Shown: positions 18,487 through 27,466 of the stretch, piece after piece
Numbering within the stretch: the stretch's first letter is position 1
Layout: each line of letters starts with the position of its first letter
Source of the DNA: Akkermansia muciniphila
Lineage (GTDB): Bacteria; Verrucomicrobiota; Verrucomicrobiia; Limisphaerales; UBA9464
Length of the DNA stretch: 64,000 bases
Direction of reading: 5' to 3'
Assembly: GCA_945893185.1 (NCBI GenBank)
Contig: CAMDDW010000002.1
Location: 66,597-130,596, forward strand
Notes under the pieces: model-generated
Told to the model about the DNA's origin: nothing
Database searches by the model: none
Seen by the model: the letters and a program-made list of their open reading frames with translations, nothing else
Translations under genes and position numbers: made by a program

Positions 18487-18942
18487 ATGAACCTGAACCT
18501 CTCCCTTCGTCCCCAGGCAGGAGCCTTTGCCGGCAAGACACGTCGTCGCCACCGTGGTTTCACGCTGGTCGAGATGCTGTTAGTCATCACCATCATCGGT
18601 ATTTTGGCCGCCCTCGTGGTCCCCAAGATGATGGGTCGCAGCGAACAGGCCCGGCAGTCGGCGGCCCGAGCGGATATCGCCTCAATCAAGACAGCCTTGG
18701 ACGCCTACGAGGTAGACAATGGCTCCTACCCCAAGACCTTGGCTGACCTCCTCCAGGCGCCACGGCAGGCCCGCAACTGGCGCGGACCTTATCTCGACAA
18801 AATCCCTCAGGATCCCTGGGGCAACGAATATCTGTACGCTCAACCGGGACGACAAAATGCCACCTTCTTCGATCTGTCCTCCATCGGGCCGGACGGCAAG
18901 GCGGGAACCGAGGATGACTTTGGCAACTGGACGGCCAAATAA
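18487..18942 (+). CDS. gspG: major pseudopilin GspG
   Basis: Prepilin site G|FTLVEMLLVITIIGILAA, then ARADIASIKTALDAYEVDNGSYP ... WRGPYL ... PQDPWGNEYLY ... GPDGKAGTEDD, typical of GspG. Confidence 0.9.
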   Translation: MNLNLSLRPQAGAFAGKTRRRHRGFTLVEMLLVITIIGILAALVVPKMMGRSEQARQSAARADIASIKTALDAYEVDNGSYPKTLADLLQAPRQARNWRGPYLDKIPQDPWGNEYLYAQPGRQNATFFDLSSIGPDGKAGTEDDFGNWTAK

Positions 18943-19516
18943 AAGTCACAGCCCGAAGAATTCGCGGCGGCATGGCTTCACCTTGATCGAAATGATCTTA
19001 GTGATGGCCCTGTTGGTGGTGGCTGTCTCCATGGTGTCTCCGCGCCTGTCGGGATTCATCCGCGGCCGAGCCTTGGAGTCCGAGGCCCGTCGGGTTCTGG
19101 CCCTGACGCATGCGGCCCGGAGTCGGGCTATTTCTGAGAGCATGCCTGTCTTGTTGTGGCTCGACGCCACCGTGGGTCGCTATGGTGTCGAGCGCGAGAC
19201 CCGTGGTCAAAATGGCGATCCGTTGTCTCAAGAGTTCACCGTCGATGACAATCTCCGGATCGCCTTTGATCAGGCCCAGCGCCTTATTGGTCAGACTTTG
19301 ACGGGCACTCGCACCACGGGTCTGCTGCCAGGAGTCTCCACCTCCCCTAAGCCCGCCACGGCACGGACAGAACCGTCGATCCGGTTCCTGCCGGATGGAA
19401 CCCTCGATGAGGACAGTCCCAATGCCATCCGCATCGAGGACTCGGAGGGGTCCGTGCTGTGGCTCGTTGAAGGGTCCGACCGCCGTCATTATGAAATTCG
19501 CACCGGTCTCCAATAA
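18914..19516 (+). CDS. minor pseudopilin, GspH/FimT-like
   Basis: Prepilin motif RRHG|FTLIEMILVMALLVVAV followed by PRLSGFIRGRALESEARRVLALTHAARSRAI. The start is inferred at ATG 18914, overlapping the gspG end. Confidence 0.6.
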   Translation: MTLATGRPNKSHSPKNSRRHGFTLIEMILVMALLVVAVSMVSPRLSGFIRGRALESEARRVLALTHAARSRAISESMPVLLWLDATVGRYGVERETRGQNGDPLSQEFTVDDNLRIAFDQAQRLIGQTLTGTRTTGLLPGVSTSPKPATARTEPSIRFLPDGTLDEDSPNAIRIEDSEGSVLWLVEGSDRRHYEIRTGLQ

Positions 19517-19913
19517 CCGTCGGCGAGCGGGATACACCCTGGCGGAGACGCTGGCGGCCCTCCTCTTTTTGGCCATCGTTATCCCCGCCGTGGTCGAGGC
19601 CCTGCATGTGGCGAGTCGAGCCGGCACAGCGTCTATTCGGCGGGCTGTGGCCGCCCGCATTGCTGAACGGATGCTCACCGAGGCGACCCTTTACACCAAT
19701 AGCAGTGCCACGCAAAGCGGGACTCAGGTCGAGGGAACGGTGGACTACCGGTGGACGGTGACCCGCGAGAACTGGGTGCAAAGCAGCTTGCCGTTATTGA
19801 CGGCCGAGGTGCGCTTCCTGACGCAGGGACAGGAGTCCTCGGTCCGGTTTTCCACGTTGGATCACCCCGTCGATGCGATCCCTGGCAGCAGCAGCAGTAC
19901 CGCCACCCGATGA
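19491..19913 (+). CDS. minor pseudopilin, GspI-like
   Basis: MKFAPVSNNRRRAG|YTLAETLAALLFLAIVIPAV. About 140 aa. Overlaps the preceding gene. Confidence 0.55.
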   Translation: MKFAPVSNNRRRAGYTLAETLAALLFLAIVIPAVVEALHVASRAGTASIRRAVAARIAERMLTEATLYTNSSATQSGTQVEGTVDYRWTVTRENWVQSSLPLLTAEVRFLTQGQESSVRFSTLDHPVDAIPGSSSSTATR

Positions 19914-20614
19914 TCACCCGAGTTTCATCCGGAAGCAGGAACCCATCGGGGTTCACGTTGATCGAATTGATCCTCTCGATGGGAGCGGCAGCCCTCATCC
20001 TCATTGTCGCAAACCAAATTCTCTTCACGAGTCTTCGGCTCCGCAACACGGTTTCTGATGCGATCGAATCGGCGGCCCCGCTGGAGCTGGCGCTCGATGC
20101 CCTGCGCCAAGACATCCAGGGTGCGGTGACCCCTAAGACCAATGGACTCATCTCCGGCTCCTTCCGCGCCGGTACTCTGTCCAGTACCGTCAATGCCCAG
20201 CCCGTTTCGCTCGAGTTCAATACAACCACCGGTTCGCTGCGGGCTTCAGAGCCCTGGGGCGCGGTTCAACGCGTTTCCTACAGTCTCCGGAATTCGGTCG
20301 AAGGAGAATCGGCTTCGATGGACCTTTATCGCGGCGTGTGCCGAAATCTTCTGGCCATCACCGTGGCCGAAGTGGAGGACCAACTCCTCTTGCGCGATGT
20401 GGCTCGTCTGGATGTAGAATCCTTCGACGGCACTCAGTGGCTAGCGCAGTGGGACACCACCGATGTCTTTGGCACCACCACCAACCTTCCGGTGGCCGTC
20501 CGCATTCGTCTCCAGCGTGGGGTTTCTTGGGGTCCCGACCCGGGACTCGTCGAATTATTGGTGCCCATGAGCGCCCAGACACGCACCAACTCCACCAGCA
20601 CCGTCGGAGGCTGA
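19910..20614 (+). CDS. minor pseudopilin, GspJ-like
   Basis: MITRVSSGSRNPSG|FTLIELILSMGAAALILI. ATGA overlap with the preceding stop (19910-19913). Confidence 0.55.
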   Translation: MITRVSSGSRNPSGFTLIELILSMGAAALILIVANQILFTSLRLRNTVSDAIESAAPLELALDALRQDIQGAVTPKTNGLISGSFRAGTLSSTVNAQPVSLEFNTTTGSLRASEPWGAVQRVSYSLRNSVEGESASMDLYRGVCRNLLAITVAEVEDQLLLRDVARLDVESFDGTQWLAQWDTTDVFGTTTNLPVAVRIRLQRGVSWGPDPGLVELLVPMSAQTRTNSTSTVGG

Positions 20615-20616
20615 GC

Positions 20617-22047
20617 ATGGTACCCCCAATCCTCAGCCGGGAAATCAGGACGCGGGCGAGAATAGGCAGGCCCTGGGCTGCGCCGGATTTTCGCGCCGGA
20701 TCCCGGGCGTCGGTCTTGGTGGTGGTGCTGTGGATTACGGCGGGACTGACGGCGCTAGTTCTCTACTTCGCAGCCTCCATGGGTTTGGAGTTGCGGGCTT
20801 CGGCCAATCGAGCGGCCGACGTGGCGGCGGGCCAGGCCATTGAGGGCGCGGCGCGCTATGTGGGGTGGGCGTTGGCTCAGTTTGCCACCAACGGGATGAT
20901 GACCACTAATTCCCAGTTTGTTTGCCAGGCTTTGCCCATCGGAGAATCCCGGGTCTGGATTGTGGGCCGCAATCCGGCCGCTGCAGAATCCGGGCTCAAT
21001 CAGTTGGTTTTCAACCTTCAGGATGAGTCGGGAAGGCTCAACCTCAACCGGGCCAATTCCAATGCCCTCTCGATGTTACCCGGGATGAGCACCGAGTTGG
21101 CTGCCGCCATCGTGGATTGGAGGAGCACCAACGGCACCTTGGAGTTGGGTTATTCGAGTTTGGGCTATGAAGCCAAGCGGAGTCCGTTTGAAACGGTCGA
21201 TGAGTTGCGATGGGTCCAGGGCATTACCTTGGATCATCTCTTTGGGGACGATCGCAACCAGAATGGAATCCTGGACCCCGACGAACGCAGCCTCACCGGA
21301 TCCCTGTCTTCGACCCCAGGCCTGCTGGATACGACCACCGTCTTTAGTCGGGAGCCCAATTTTCATGCCGATGGAACCCTCCTGACCAACGTCAACACCC
21401 AGGCCCAAATCCAGGGATTGCTCGAATCATCCTTCGGCACCGGCCGCAGCCGCGAGATCCTGACCCGCTTGGGCTTCACCCAGGGCGGGGGCCCCGGGGG
21501 TGGAGGCGGAGGTGGAGGAGCCGCCGCGACTCCCAACTTCCCGAGTTTGTTGCGTTTTTATCTGACCAGTGGCCTAAGCCAAGATGACTTCGAACGCATC
21601 ACCCCAGAACTGTGTGTCACCACCAATACCTACAGCTATGGACGGGTGAACCTGAACACGGCCAACGCCACCGTCCTCACCGCACTCTTTGTCGGGGCAG
21701 GCTTGGCTCAAGAAGCCGCAGAGGGTGCCGCCTCGACACTCGTTCGGTACCGAGAACAAAATACGACGAGCCTGAACTCCATCGCTTGGATGGTGACTGC
21801 GCTCGGTCGTGATCATCAGGCCGTAACCACTTTGGCTGGCCGCGATCTCCTTACGACGAAGAGCTTCCAATATGGAGCCGACCTGGTGGCCGTAGGGCCT
21901 TTGGGCCGAGGTTATCGCCGAGTGAAGTTCATTTTTGATATGAGTGATGGAGTCCCGAAGATTCTCTACCGACAAGATCTCAGCCGATTGGGCTGGGCTT
22001 TGGGGGACCGTGTCCGTGAGGAGATCGCCCAGCAAATCGATCGCTAG
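20617..22047 (+). CDS. GspK-like minor pseudopilin
   Basis: N-terminal TM SVLVVVLWITAGLTALVLYF without Glu+5. Two helix-hairpin-helix-like segments (LNLNRANSNALSMLPGMSTELAAAIVDWR; VNLNTANATVLTALF). Contains a poly-Gly tract. Confidence 0.6.
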   Translation: MVPPILSREIRTRARIGRPWAAPDFRAGSRASVLVVVLWITAGLTALVLYFAASMGLELRASANRAADVAAGQAIEGAARYVGWALAQFATNGMMTTNSQFVCQALPIGESRVWIVGRNPAAAESGLNQLVFNLQDESGRLNLNRANSNALSMLPGMSTELAAAIVDWRSTNGTLELGYSSLGYEAKRSPFETVDELRWVQGITLDHLFGDDRNQNGILDPDERSLTGSLSSTPGLLDTTTVFSREPNFHADGTLLTNVNTQAQIQGLLESSFGTGRSREILTRLGFTQGGGPGGGGGGGGAAATPNFPSLLRFYLTSGLSQDDFERITPELCVTTNTYSYGRVNLNTANATVLTALFVGAGLAQEAAEGAASTLVRYREQNTTSLNSIAWMVTALGRDHQAVTTLAGRDLLTTKSFQYGADLVAVGPLGRGYRRVKFIFDMSDGVPKILYRQDLSRLGWALGDRVREEIAQQIDR

Positions 22048-22066
22048 ATAAAGGCCCAGACCCCCC

Positions 22067-23509
22067 ATGATGAATTTTCTGAAACTGGGTTCCCGTCCGC
22101 GCAAAGCTCCGCCCTCCGTACTGGGGCTTTCGTGGGAGGGTCGTCGCATCGAGGGCAGCCTCCTGCGCCGGACACAGAGCGGGCTGGAGAAAACGGGCGG
22201 ATTTCAGGCCGAACTGTCTCTGGATATCGATTCCGGTGATCCGGAAACGGTCGGCAAGGAGCTCCGGGCTCAACTCGACAAGGCCGGCATCCGCGAACGC
22301 AACTGTGCAGTGGCTCTGTCGGTTTCTAGCCTGCTGGTCACCCAGACAGAGATCCCGGTGATGGCCGATGCCGATGTCCTCAGCCTGTTGCAACTGGAGG
22401 CTGAGAAGGGTTTTCATGGCGATACTTCGACCCATCAGGTGGCCCACTCGCGGTGTGTCCGGGGTGAAAGTAGCCAATGGGTGACCTTGGCCGCACTGAC
22501 GCAGTCTCGTTTGGCCTCTCTGGAACGGTGGACCCGTTGTGCGCGGCTCAAGCTGGTGAGTGTCTCTGTGGCCCTGTGTGAGCTCGAGCCTCCCGAAGAC
22601 CCCGCCTCGGAGGGGGTGCTGGCGTTGCACCTCGGATCCGGGCCCGGGCCGGTGACGCTCCAGATGAGCGCGGGAGGCGGCCTGGTGGCTTTGCGGTCCT
22701 TCGAGGGCGTTACCGAAGACTTGTCGGGCCAGTCGGTTTTGCACGCCGACAGCGTAGCGCGGGAGATCCGGATCACCTTGGGTCAGCTCCCCGATCCGTG
22801 GAATGGCTCCATCCGGGATGTCCGTATTTTCGGTCCGCAAGACCTGGCCCAAACGCTGGCCACTGAGCTGTCCGCTCGATTGGCGGTTTCCGGTTTCCGG
22901 ATCCGGCTCCAGACCACCCAAGTGCCGGGCTTGGCCCAGTCCGAGGAGCTTCCGATTTCAGCTGTGGTCGCAGCCCGAGTGCTGGCCTCGCGGCCGGCGA
23001 CCCTAGAGTTTCTACCCCCGAAGCCATCGGTGCTCCAACAATTCCTGGCCCGTCACGCCCAAGGGCAGCGACGGACGGTCTGGACCGTTGCCGTCGGCTT
23101 GGGAGTCCTCGTAGCCCTTGTTTTCCTGATTCAGCAAATTCAGCTCTCGCTCTTGGAGTCCCGATGGGCGGGTCTCTCAGGCAAGGTCCGGGAACTGGAA
23201 CGTATCCAGCAGGATTTGCGACAATTCCGACCCTGGACTCCTCAGTCGGCCCGCGGCTTGGCTATTTTAGAGGTCCTTACCAGTGCCTTCCCCGAGAACG
23301 GAACAGTGACGGCCAAGGTGATCGAAATTCGAGAATCGGGCGAGGTCGTCTGTAGTGGCACGGCCACCGATAGTCCGGCCTTTTTAGCGATGACCGCCCG
23401 TCTGAGCTCCCAGCCCGGGGTCACTAAGGTTCACCACGACCAATCCCGCGGCGCTTCTCCGATGCAGTTCAACCTTACCTTCCTGTGGAATGGAGGCCTG
23501 GCTCGATGA
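22067..23509 (+). CDS. PilM-like (actin-fold) cytoplasmic domain, TM segment and PilN-like periplasmic domain; GspL-equivalent assembly protein
   Basis: The N-terminal 300 aa resemble PilM/GspL (VLGLSWEGRRIEG ... AVALSVSSLLV ... LLQLEAEKGF). A single TM follows (VWTVAVGLGVLVALVFLI), then a region of about 130 aa. The call rests partly on position in the operon. Confidence 0.5.
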   Translation: MMNFLKLGSRPRKAPPSVLGLSWEGRRIEGSLLRRTQSGLEKTGGFQAELSLDIDSGDPETVGKELRAQLDKAGIRERNCAVALSVSSLLVTQTEIPVMADADVLSLLQLEAEKGFHGDTSTHQVAHSRCVRGESSQWVTLAALTQSRLASLERWTRCARLKLVSVSVALCELEPPEDPASEGVLALHLGSGPGPVTLQMSAGGGLVALRSFEGVTEDLSGQSVLHADSVAREIRITLGQLPDPWNGSIRDVRIFGPQDLAQTLATELSARLAVSGFRIRLQTTQVPGLAQSEELPISAVVAARVLASRPATLEFLPPKPSVLQQFLARHAQGQRRTVWTVAVGLGVLVALVFLIQQIQLSLLESRWAGLSGKVRELERIQQDLRQFRPWTPQSARGLAILEVLTSAFPENGTVTAKVIEIRESGEVVCSGTATDSPAFLAMTARLSSQPGVTKVHHDQSRGASPMQFNLTFLWNGGLAR

Positions 23510-24042
23510 ATCCCACCCAACGCCAACGCCTCCTCATGATCGTGACCCTGGCCGCCGTGGGTCTCTACATCGCCGACCTAGTGTTCATCACGCCGATGGG
23601 TCGAGTCTGGTCGGAGCGCTCCGCTCGCATCGCGGTCCTGCGGCGTCAGGTGAGCGAGGGACGGGCTTTAATCCTGCGCGAGCCGGGACTTCGGGACCAA
23701 TGGAACCATTTGCGCACCAACGCCCTGCCCCAGGAACCCTCCCAAGCCGAGCAGCGTCTGCTCAGGGCCTGCGACGAATGGGCTAAGGCTTCAGGGGCTC
23801 AGATCGTGGATCGAATGCCCCAGTGGAAGGGCGACGAAGCCGCCTACCAGATGTTGCGGTGCCGACTCGAGACTTCCGGATCTCTGGCGAGTCTGAGTCA
23901 GTTTCTCCAGCGGCTTGAAGAGGGCCCTTTGGCGGTTAAGGTGGATAGTCTTCAGTTGATGAGCCGCGATCCCGCAGGTCGGCAGTTGACTCTCGGCCTC
24001 CAAATCAACGGCCTCGTGCTCAATCCCTCGTCCAAGCCATGA
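23506..24042 (+). CDS. GspM/PilO-like bitopic assembly protein
   Basis: N-terminal TM (LLMIVTLAAVGLYIADLVFI), coiled segment, small C-terminal domain. ATGA overlap with the preceding gene. Confidence 0.4.
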   Translation: MNPTQRQRLLMIVTLAAVGLYIADLVFITPMGRVWSERSARIAVLRRQVSEGRALILREPGLRDQWNHLRTNALPQEPSQAEQRLLRACDEWAKASGAQIVDRMPQWKGDEAAYQMLRCRLETSGSLASLSQFLQRLEEGPLAVKVDSLQLMSRDPAGRQLTLGLQINGLVLNPSSKP

Positions 24043-24653
24043 AGGTTCCTCCCTCAATCTGGATCGGCTCCCTGACGGCCGGGGTTCTTCTAGGGGCCCT
24101 GCTGGGTTTTGCGGCCGAGACCCATCCGACGCCGGTCAATGATTCCAAGGAAGTGGCTCGACGCGTGGCCGATCGAAACATCTTCGATCCGGAAAGGCAG
24201 CCCAGGATCCGGGGTGAATCCCGACCGACGCCCAAGCCGAAGGCGGTGGTCGCGGCCGATTCCCCCGAGTTCGGACTGGTAGGAATCATTAGCTATCCCA
24301 GAGGCACCTTTGCCTTCTTCGACGGCAACGCTTCGGAGTTTCACAAGACTCTCCAGCTCAACGCGGTCATCGCAGGCCAGACCCTGAGCACGATCACTTC
24401 TCAATCGATCACCTTGATGGCGACCAATCGTCCCCCGAATTTGCTGAAGGTGGGTCAACGGCTGCGTCAGGATTCAGAAGGTGTTTGGCAATTGGTGACA
24501 GGCCTCGGCGGTGAAGGGTTCAAGCGATTGGGCTCAGCCGGGGGAGCGACCGGGACGTCGTCGGCCTCGTCGACGACTCCGAGCGAAGATCCCCCAGGAT
24601 CCGATGAAATTTTGAAGCGGCTTTTGAAAAAACGGGAACAGGAGATGAAATGA
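24039..24653 (+). CDS. GspC/PilP-like protein
   Basis: N-terminal TM, RNIFDP motif, beta-rich segment LVGIISYPRGTFAFFDG ... VIAGQTLSTITSQSITL. ATGA overlaps on both sides. Confidence 0.4.
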   Translation: MKVPPSIWIGSLTAGVLLGALLGFAAETHPTPVNDSKEVARRVADRNIFDPERQPRIRGESRPTPKPKAVVAADSPEFGLVGIISYPRGTFAFFDGNASEFHKTLQLNAVIAGQTLSTITSQSITLMATNRPPNLLKVGQRLRQDSEGVWQLVTGLGGEGFKRLGSAGGATGTSSASSTTPSEDPPGSDEILKRLLKKREQEMK

Positions 24654-25939
24654 AGAACTTGATCACTCGAGCCTTTGGCGCTGCCTGTGCTGTGGGATGT
24701 TTGGCTGGCGGCCTGGTAGCCCAGGATGCCAGTACATCCACCAGCAATGCCCCAGCCACAAACCGAACCTATAATGCCACGCCTCAATCGGCAACGCCCC
24801 GAGGAGAGCAGAACTCAGCCGGCGGCAGCACTGCTGGGATCCAGATGAATTTCAGGAACGCTCCGTTGGAGCAGGTTCTTGAATACCTGAGCGAAGCGGC
24901 CGGTTTCATTATCGTTCTGGACGCCCCCGTGAAGGGCACCGTCAACGTGATCAGCGCCAAACCACTGAGTCAGGATGAGGCGGTAGATTTTCTAAGTTCG
25001 GCCCTCAATAAGAATGGCCTAGCGGCCATTCGGGACGGTCGAACTCTGACCATCGTTGACCGCATAGCGGCCAAGACCCGGGACATTCCGGTGAAGGTAA
25101 ATAACGATCCCCGGATGATCCCGAAGAACGATGAGATCGTGACGCAAATCATACCGATTCGATACGTCGAGGCCGATCAATTGGCCAAGGATCTCGTCTC
25201 CTTCATCTCACCCCAGGCGACCTTCGTGGCCAATGCAGCCGGCAACTCCATCGTGATGACCGACACCCAAGCCAATATCCGGCACATGGTGGAGATCATC
25301 AAAGCCATCGACTCGAGTGCCGAAGCCGAGACCGAAATCCGCGTGTTCCATCTGACCCATGCCAGCCCTTCCGATGTGGCCACGGCCCTGGCTGGGGTGT
25401 TTCCCAGCAGCAGCGGGTCGGGCAACAACAATCAGGCACCGGTCCGGTTTGGTGGAGGACCCTTTGGAGCGGGCGGTTTTGCCGCGATGATGGGCGGCGG
25501 CGGTGGAGGTGGACGAGGTGGTGGCGGCGGCGGCGGTGGTGGCGGTAATTCAGCAGCCGGACAAAATGATCGGATCCGCCGTGCATCGCAGGTCATGGCC
25601 GTACCCGACTCCAGGACTTCTTCGGTGATCGTCACTGCTTCCAAGAATTTGATGACCCAGATCGCTGGCATGGTTCGCGAATTGGATGTGGTTTCCACGC
25701 GGGACCAGCAAGTGCACGTGTTTCGTATGAACAACGGCGACCCTCAGCAGGCGGCGCAGGTGCTGCAGAACATGTTCCAGAGCACATCGGGCGGCCGGAC
25801 AGGCTCCAGCGGCAGTGCTCAGAACAGTGCGCTTATGCAGCGCCAGCAAAACAACAACCAGACCACGGGCAGTACCTCCAGTGGATCGGGTACCTTTGGG
25901 AATAGCGGCGGTGGCCGCTCCGGCGGGCAACTGTTCTGA
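24650..25939 (+). CDS. gspD: secretin N-terminal half (N0-like plus Secretin_N repeats), no pore domain
   Basis: Signal peptide. MNFRNAPLEQVLEYLSEAAGFIIVLD ... TLTIVD (N0-like). IPIRYVEADQLAKDL ... IVMTDTQANIRHMVEIIKAIDS and IRVFHLTHASPSDVATAL ... VIVTASKNLMTQIAGMVRELD (N domains). Ends after VHVFRMNNGDPQQAAQVLQNMF in a low-complexity tail. Confidence 0.75.
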   Translation: MKNLITRAFGAACAVGCLAGGLVAQDASTSTSNAPATNRTYNATPQSATPRGEQNSAGGSTAGIQMNFRNAPLEQVLEYLSEAAGFIIVLDAPVKGTVNVISAKPLSQDEAVDFLSSALNKNGLAAIRDGRTLTIVDRIAAKTRDIPVKVNNDPRMIPKNDEIVTQIIPIRYVEADQLAKDLVSFISPQATFVANAAGNSIVMTDTQANIRHMVEIIKAIDSSAEAETEIRVFHLTHASPSDVATALAGVFPSSSGSGNNNQAPVRFGGGPFGAGGFAAMMGGGGGGGRGGGGGGGGGGNSAAGQNDRIRRASQVMAVPDSRTSSVIVTASKNLMTQIAGMVRELDVVSTRDQQVHVFRMNNGDPQQAAQVLQNMFQSTSGGRTGSSGSAQNSALMQRQQNNNQTTGSTSSGSGTFGNSGGGRSGGQLF

Positions 25940-25965
25940 ACTTAAGAACCTTGAACGATTCCAGA

Positions 25966-27279
25966 ATGAAAACCAGTGGTTCTATCTTTTCGCGATTCCT
26001 TTCCATGGCCTCGGCGTTTCGCGTCTTGGCCGCAGTCCTTGGATTGTCCTTAGTCCTACCCGCCATAGCCCAGCAGCGCGGCGGTGGTGGCGGAGGCGGA
26101 GGCTTTGGCGGCGGTGGTGGTTTCGGTGGCGGCGGAGGCTTTGGTGGTGGCGGAGGCGGGGGCAATCGCGGCTCCGGATCCTCGGGTCTCTACAACAACA
26201 ACGGCACGGTGGGCAGCGCCCTGATTTCGGTCGATCCGCAGACCCACAATTTGGTGGTCATTGCTGATGCCCTGACAGCCCTGCAAATTAGCAACGTCAT
26301 CCGGAATCTCGATTCACCTAAGCCGCAGGTGCTTATTAAGGTGGTCTTCATGGAGGTTGAGAAGAAAAACGGCTCTGAACTCGGAGTCGAAGGCGCTTGG
26401 GCCAAGAACAACATTGGAAACAACATCAGCAGCGGTGGTGGTACTGTGATGGGTCTTTCAGGGGTGAACAGTATCAGCACCAACTTGAACGGCTTGGGGC
26501 AATCGATGGGAACGGCACTGACTCCGTCTTCTACAGCTACCGGCAACGGTTCCGGTGGCCTTTATTCCATCGCAGGCTCCGAGTTTCAGGCGACGCTCCG
26601 GGCTGTGGCTACATCTGGAAAAGCGCAGGTTTTATCCCGTCCGTCGATTATCGCCCGCGATGGCCAATTGGCCCGCATTGTGGTCGGTCAAAAAGTTCCC
26701 CTACCCAGCGGTGTTTCTTATTCAGGCACTGCTGGCAACACCATCCCCATTATCAATGTTACCTATGACGACGTGGGTATCATCCTGAACGTCACTCCGT
26801 TCATTGGTTCAAATGGTCAAGTCGAGATGATCGTCCAACCGCAAATCTCTTCAGTCTCACAGACTGAACGGCAGTTCTTGTCGGCCGGTATTTCGGCTCC
26901 CTACATTAATATTCGTTCAGCCGACACCGTGGTGGTCACTCCGCATGCAGAGACCGTCGTTATTGGCGGCCTCATCTCTAATAAAGAATCTCAGGCCGAG
27001 ACGAAGGTTCCCTACTTGGGCGACATCCCGATTCTGGGCAACTTGTTCAAGTCCCGCGCCAAGAGCGACACCAAGACCGAACTCCTCATCTTTCTGACGC
27101 CCTACATTCTCCAGGCACCTTCTCAGTTGGCTCAATTGACAACGAAGGAAACCCACCAAGCGTCGTTGATCACCAATTCTGTCTCAGAGATGGATCTCAA
27201 CCGATTCCTTGAAAAGGTCCCGGTCAAATCAGACGCCCCGGCCCCGGCCCCCAAGTCCAAGGGATTCTTCAAAAAGTGA
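25966..27279 (+). CDS. gspD: secretin C-terminal half (half N-domain plus secretin pore domain) with its own signal peptide
   Basis: MKTSGSIFSRFLSMASAFRVLAAVLGLSLVLPAIA|QQ, a (GGGGF)3 tract, then LISVDPQTHNLVVIADALTALQISNVIRNLDSPKPQVLIKVVFMEV and the secretin core (FQATLRAV..SGKAQVLSRPSI ... VVIGGLI ... VPYLGDIPILGNLFK ... ELLIFLTPYIL). The ORF opens at TTG 25951; the first ATG is at 25966. Confidence 0.85.
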   Translation: MKTSGSIFSRFLSMASAFRVLAAVLGLSLVLPAIAQQRGGGGGGGGFGGGGGFGGGGGFGGGGGGGNRGSGSSGLYNNNGTVGSALISVDPQTHNLVVIADALTALQISNVIRNLDSPKPQVLIKVVFMEVEKKNGSELGVEGAWAKNNIGNNISSGGGTVMGLSGVNSISTNLNGLGQSMGTALTPSSTATGNGSGGLYSIAGSEFQATLRAVATSGKAQVLSRPSIIARDGQLARIVVGQKVPLPSGVSYSGTAGNTIPIINVTYDDVGIILNVTPFIGSNGQVEMIVQPQISSVSQTERQFLSAGISAPYINIRSADTVVVTPHAETVVIGGLISNKESQAETKVPYLGDIPILGNLFKSRAKSDTKTELLIFLTPYILQAPSQLAQLTTKETHQASLITNSVSEMDLNRFLEKVPVKSDAPAPAPKSKGFFKK

Positions 27280-27466
27280 CCTGGGCCGAGGGTGGCGCTA
27301 GACTAGTTCTTTCATCGGAAGCCTGCCGGCGGTCAGCACCAAAGTGTCGTTGACGGCAAATTCACCGGCCAACAGGGTTGGGTAGCGGGAGCCTTTAGGG
27401 ATCCTGTAGTGAGCCTGCCGGGAGCCTCTACATCGGGGCCCTTCGGAGACCCAAGTCACCTTGATT

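Noticed and set aside
18998-19678. 226-aa minus-strand ORF across the gspH/gspI-like genes (and similar ones at 21980-22921 and 19675-20229)
   Set aside because: Antisense to a translationally coupled pseudopilin operon whose products carry prepilin cleavage motifs. No features of their own.
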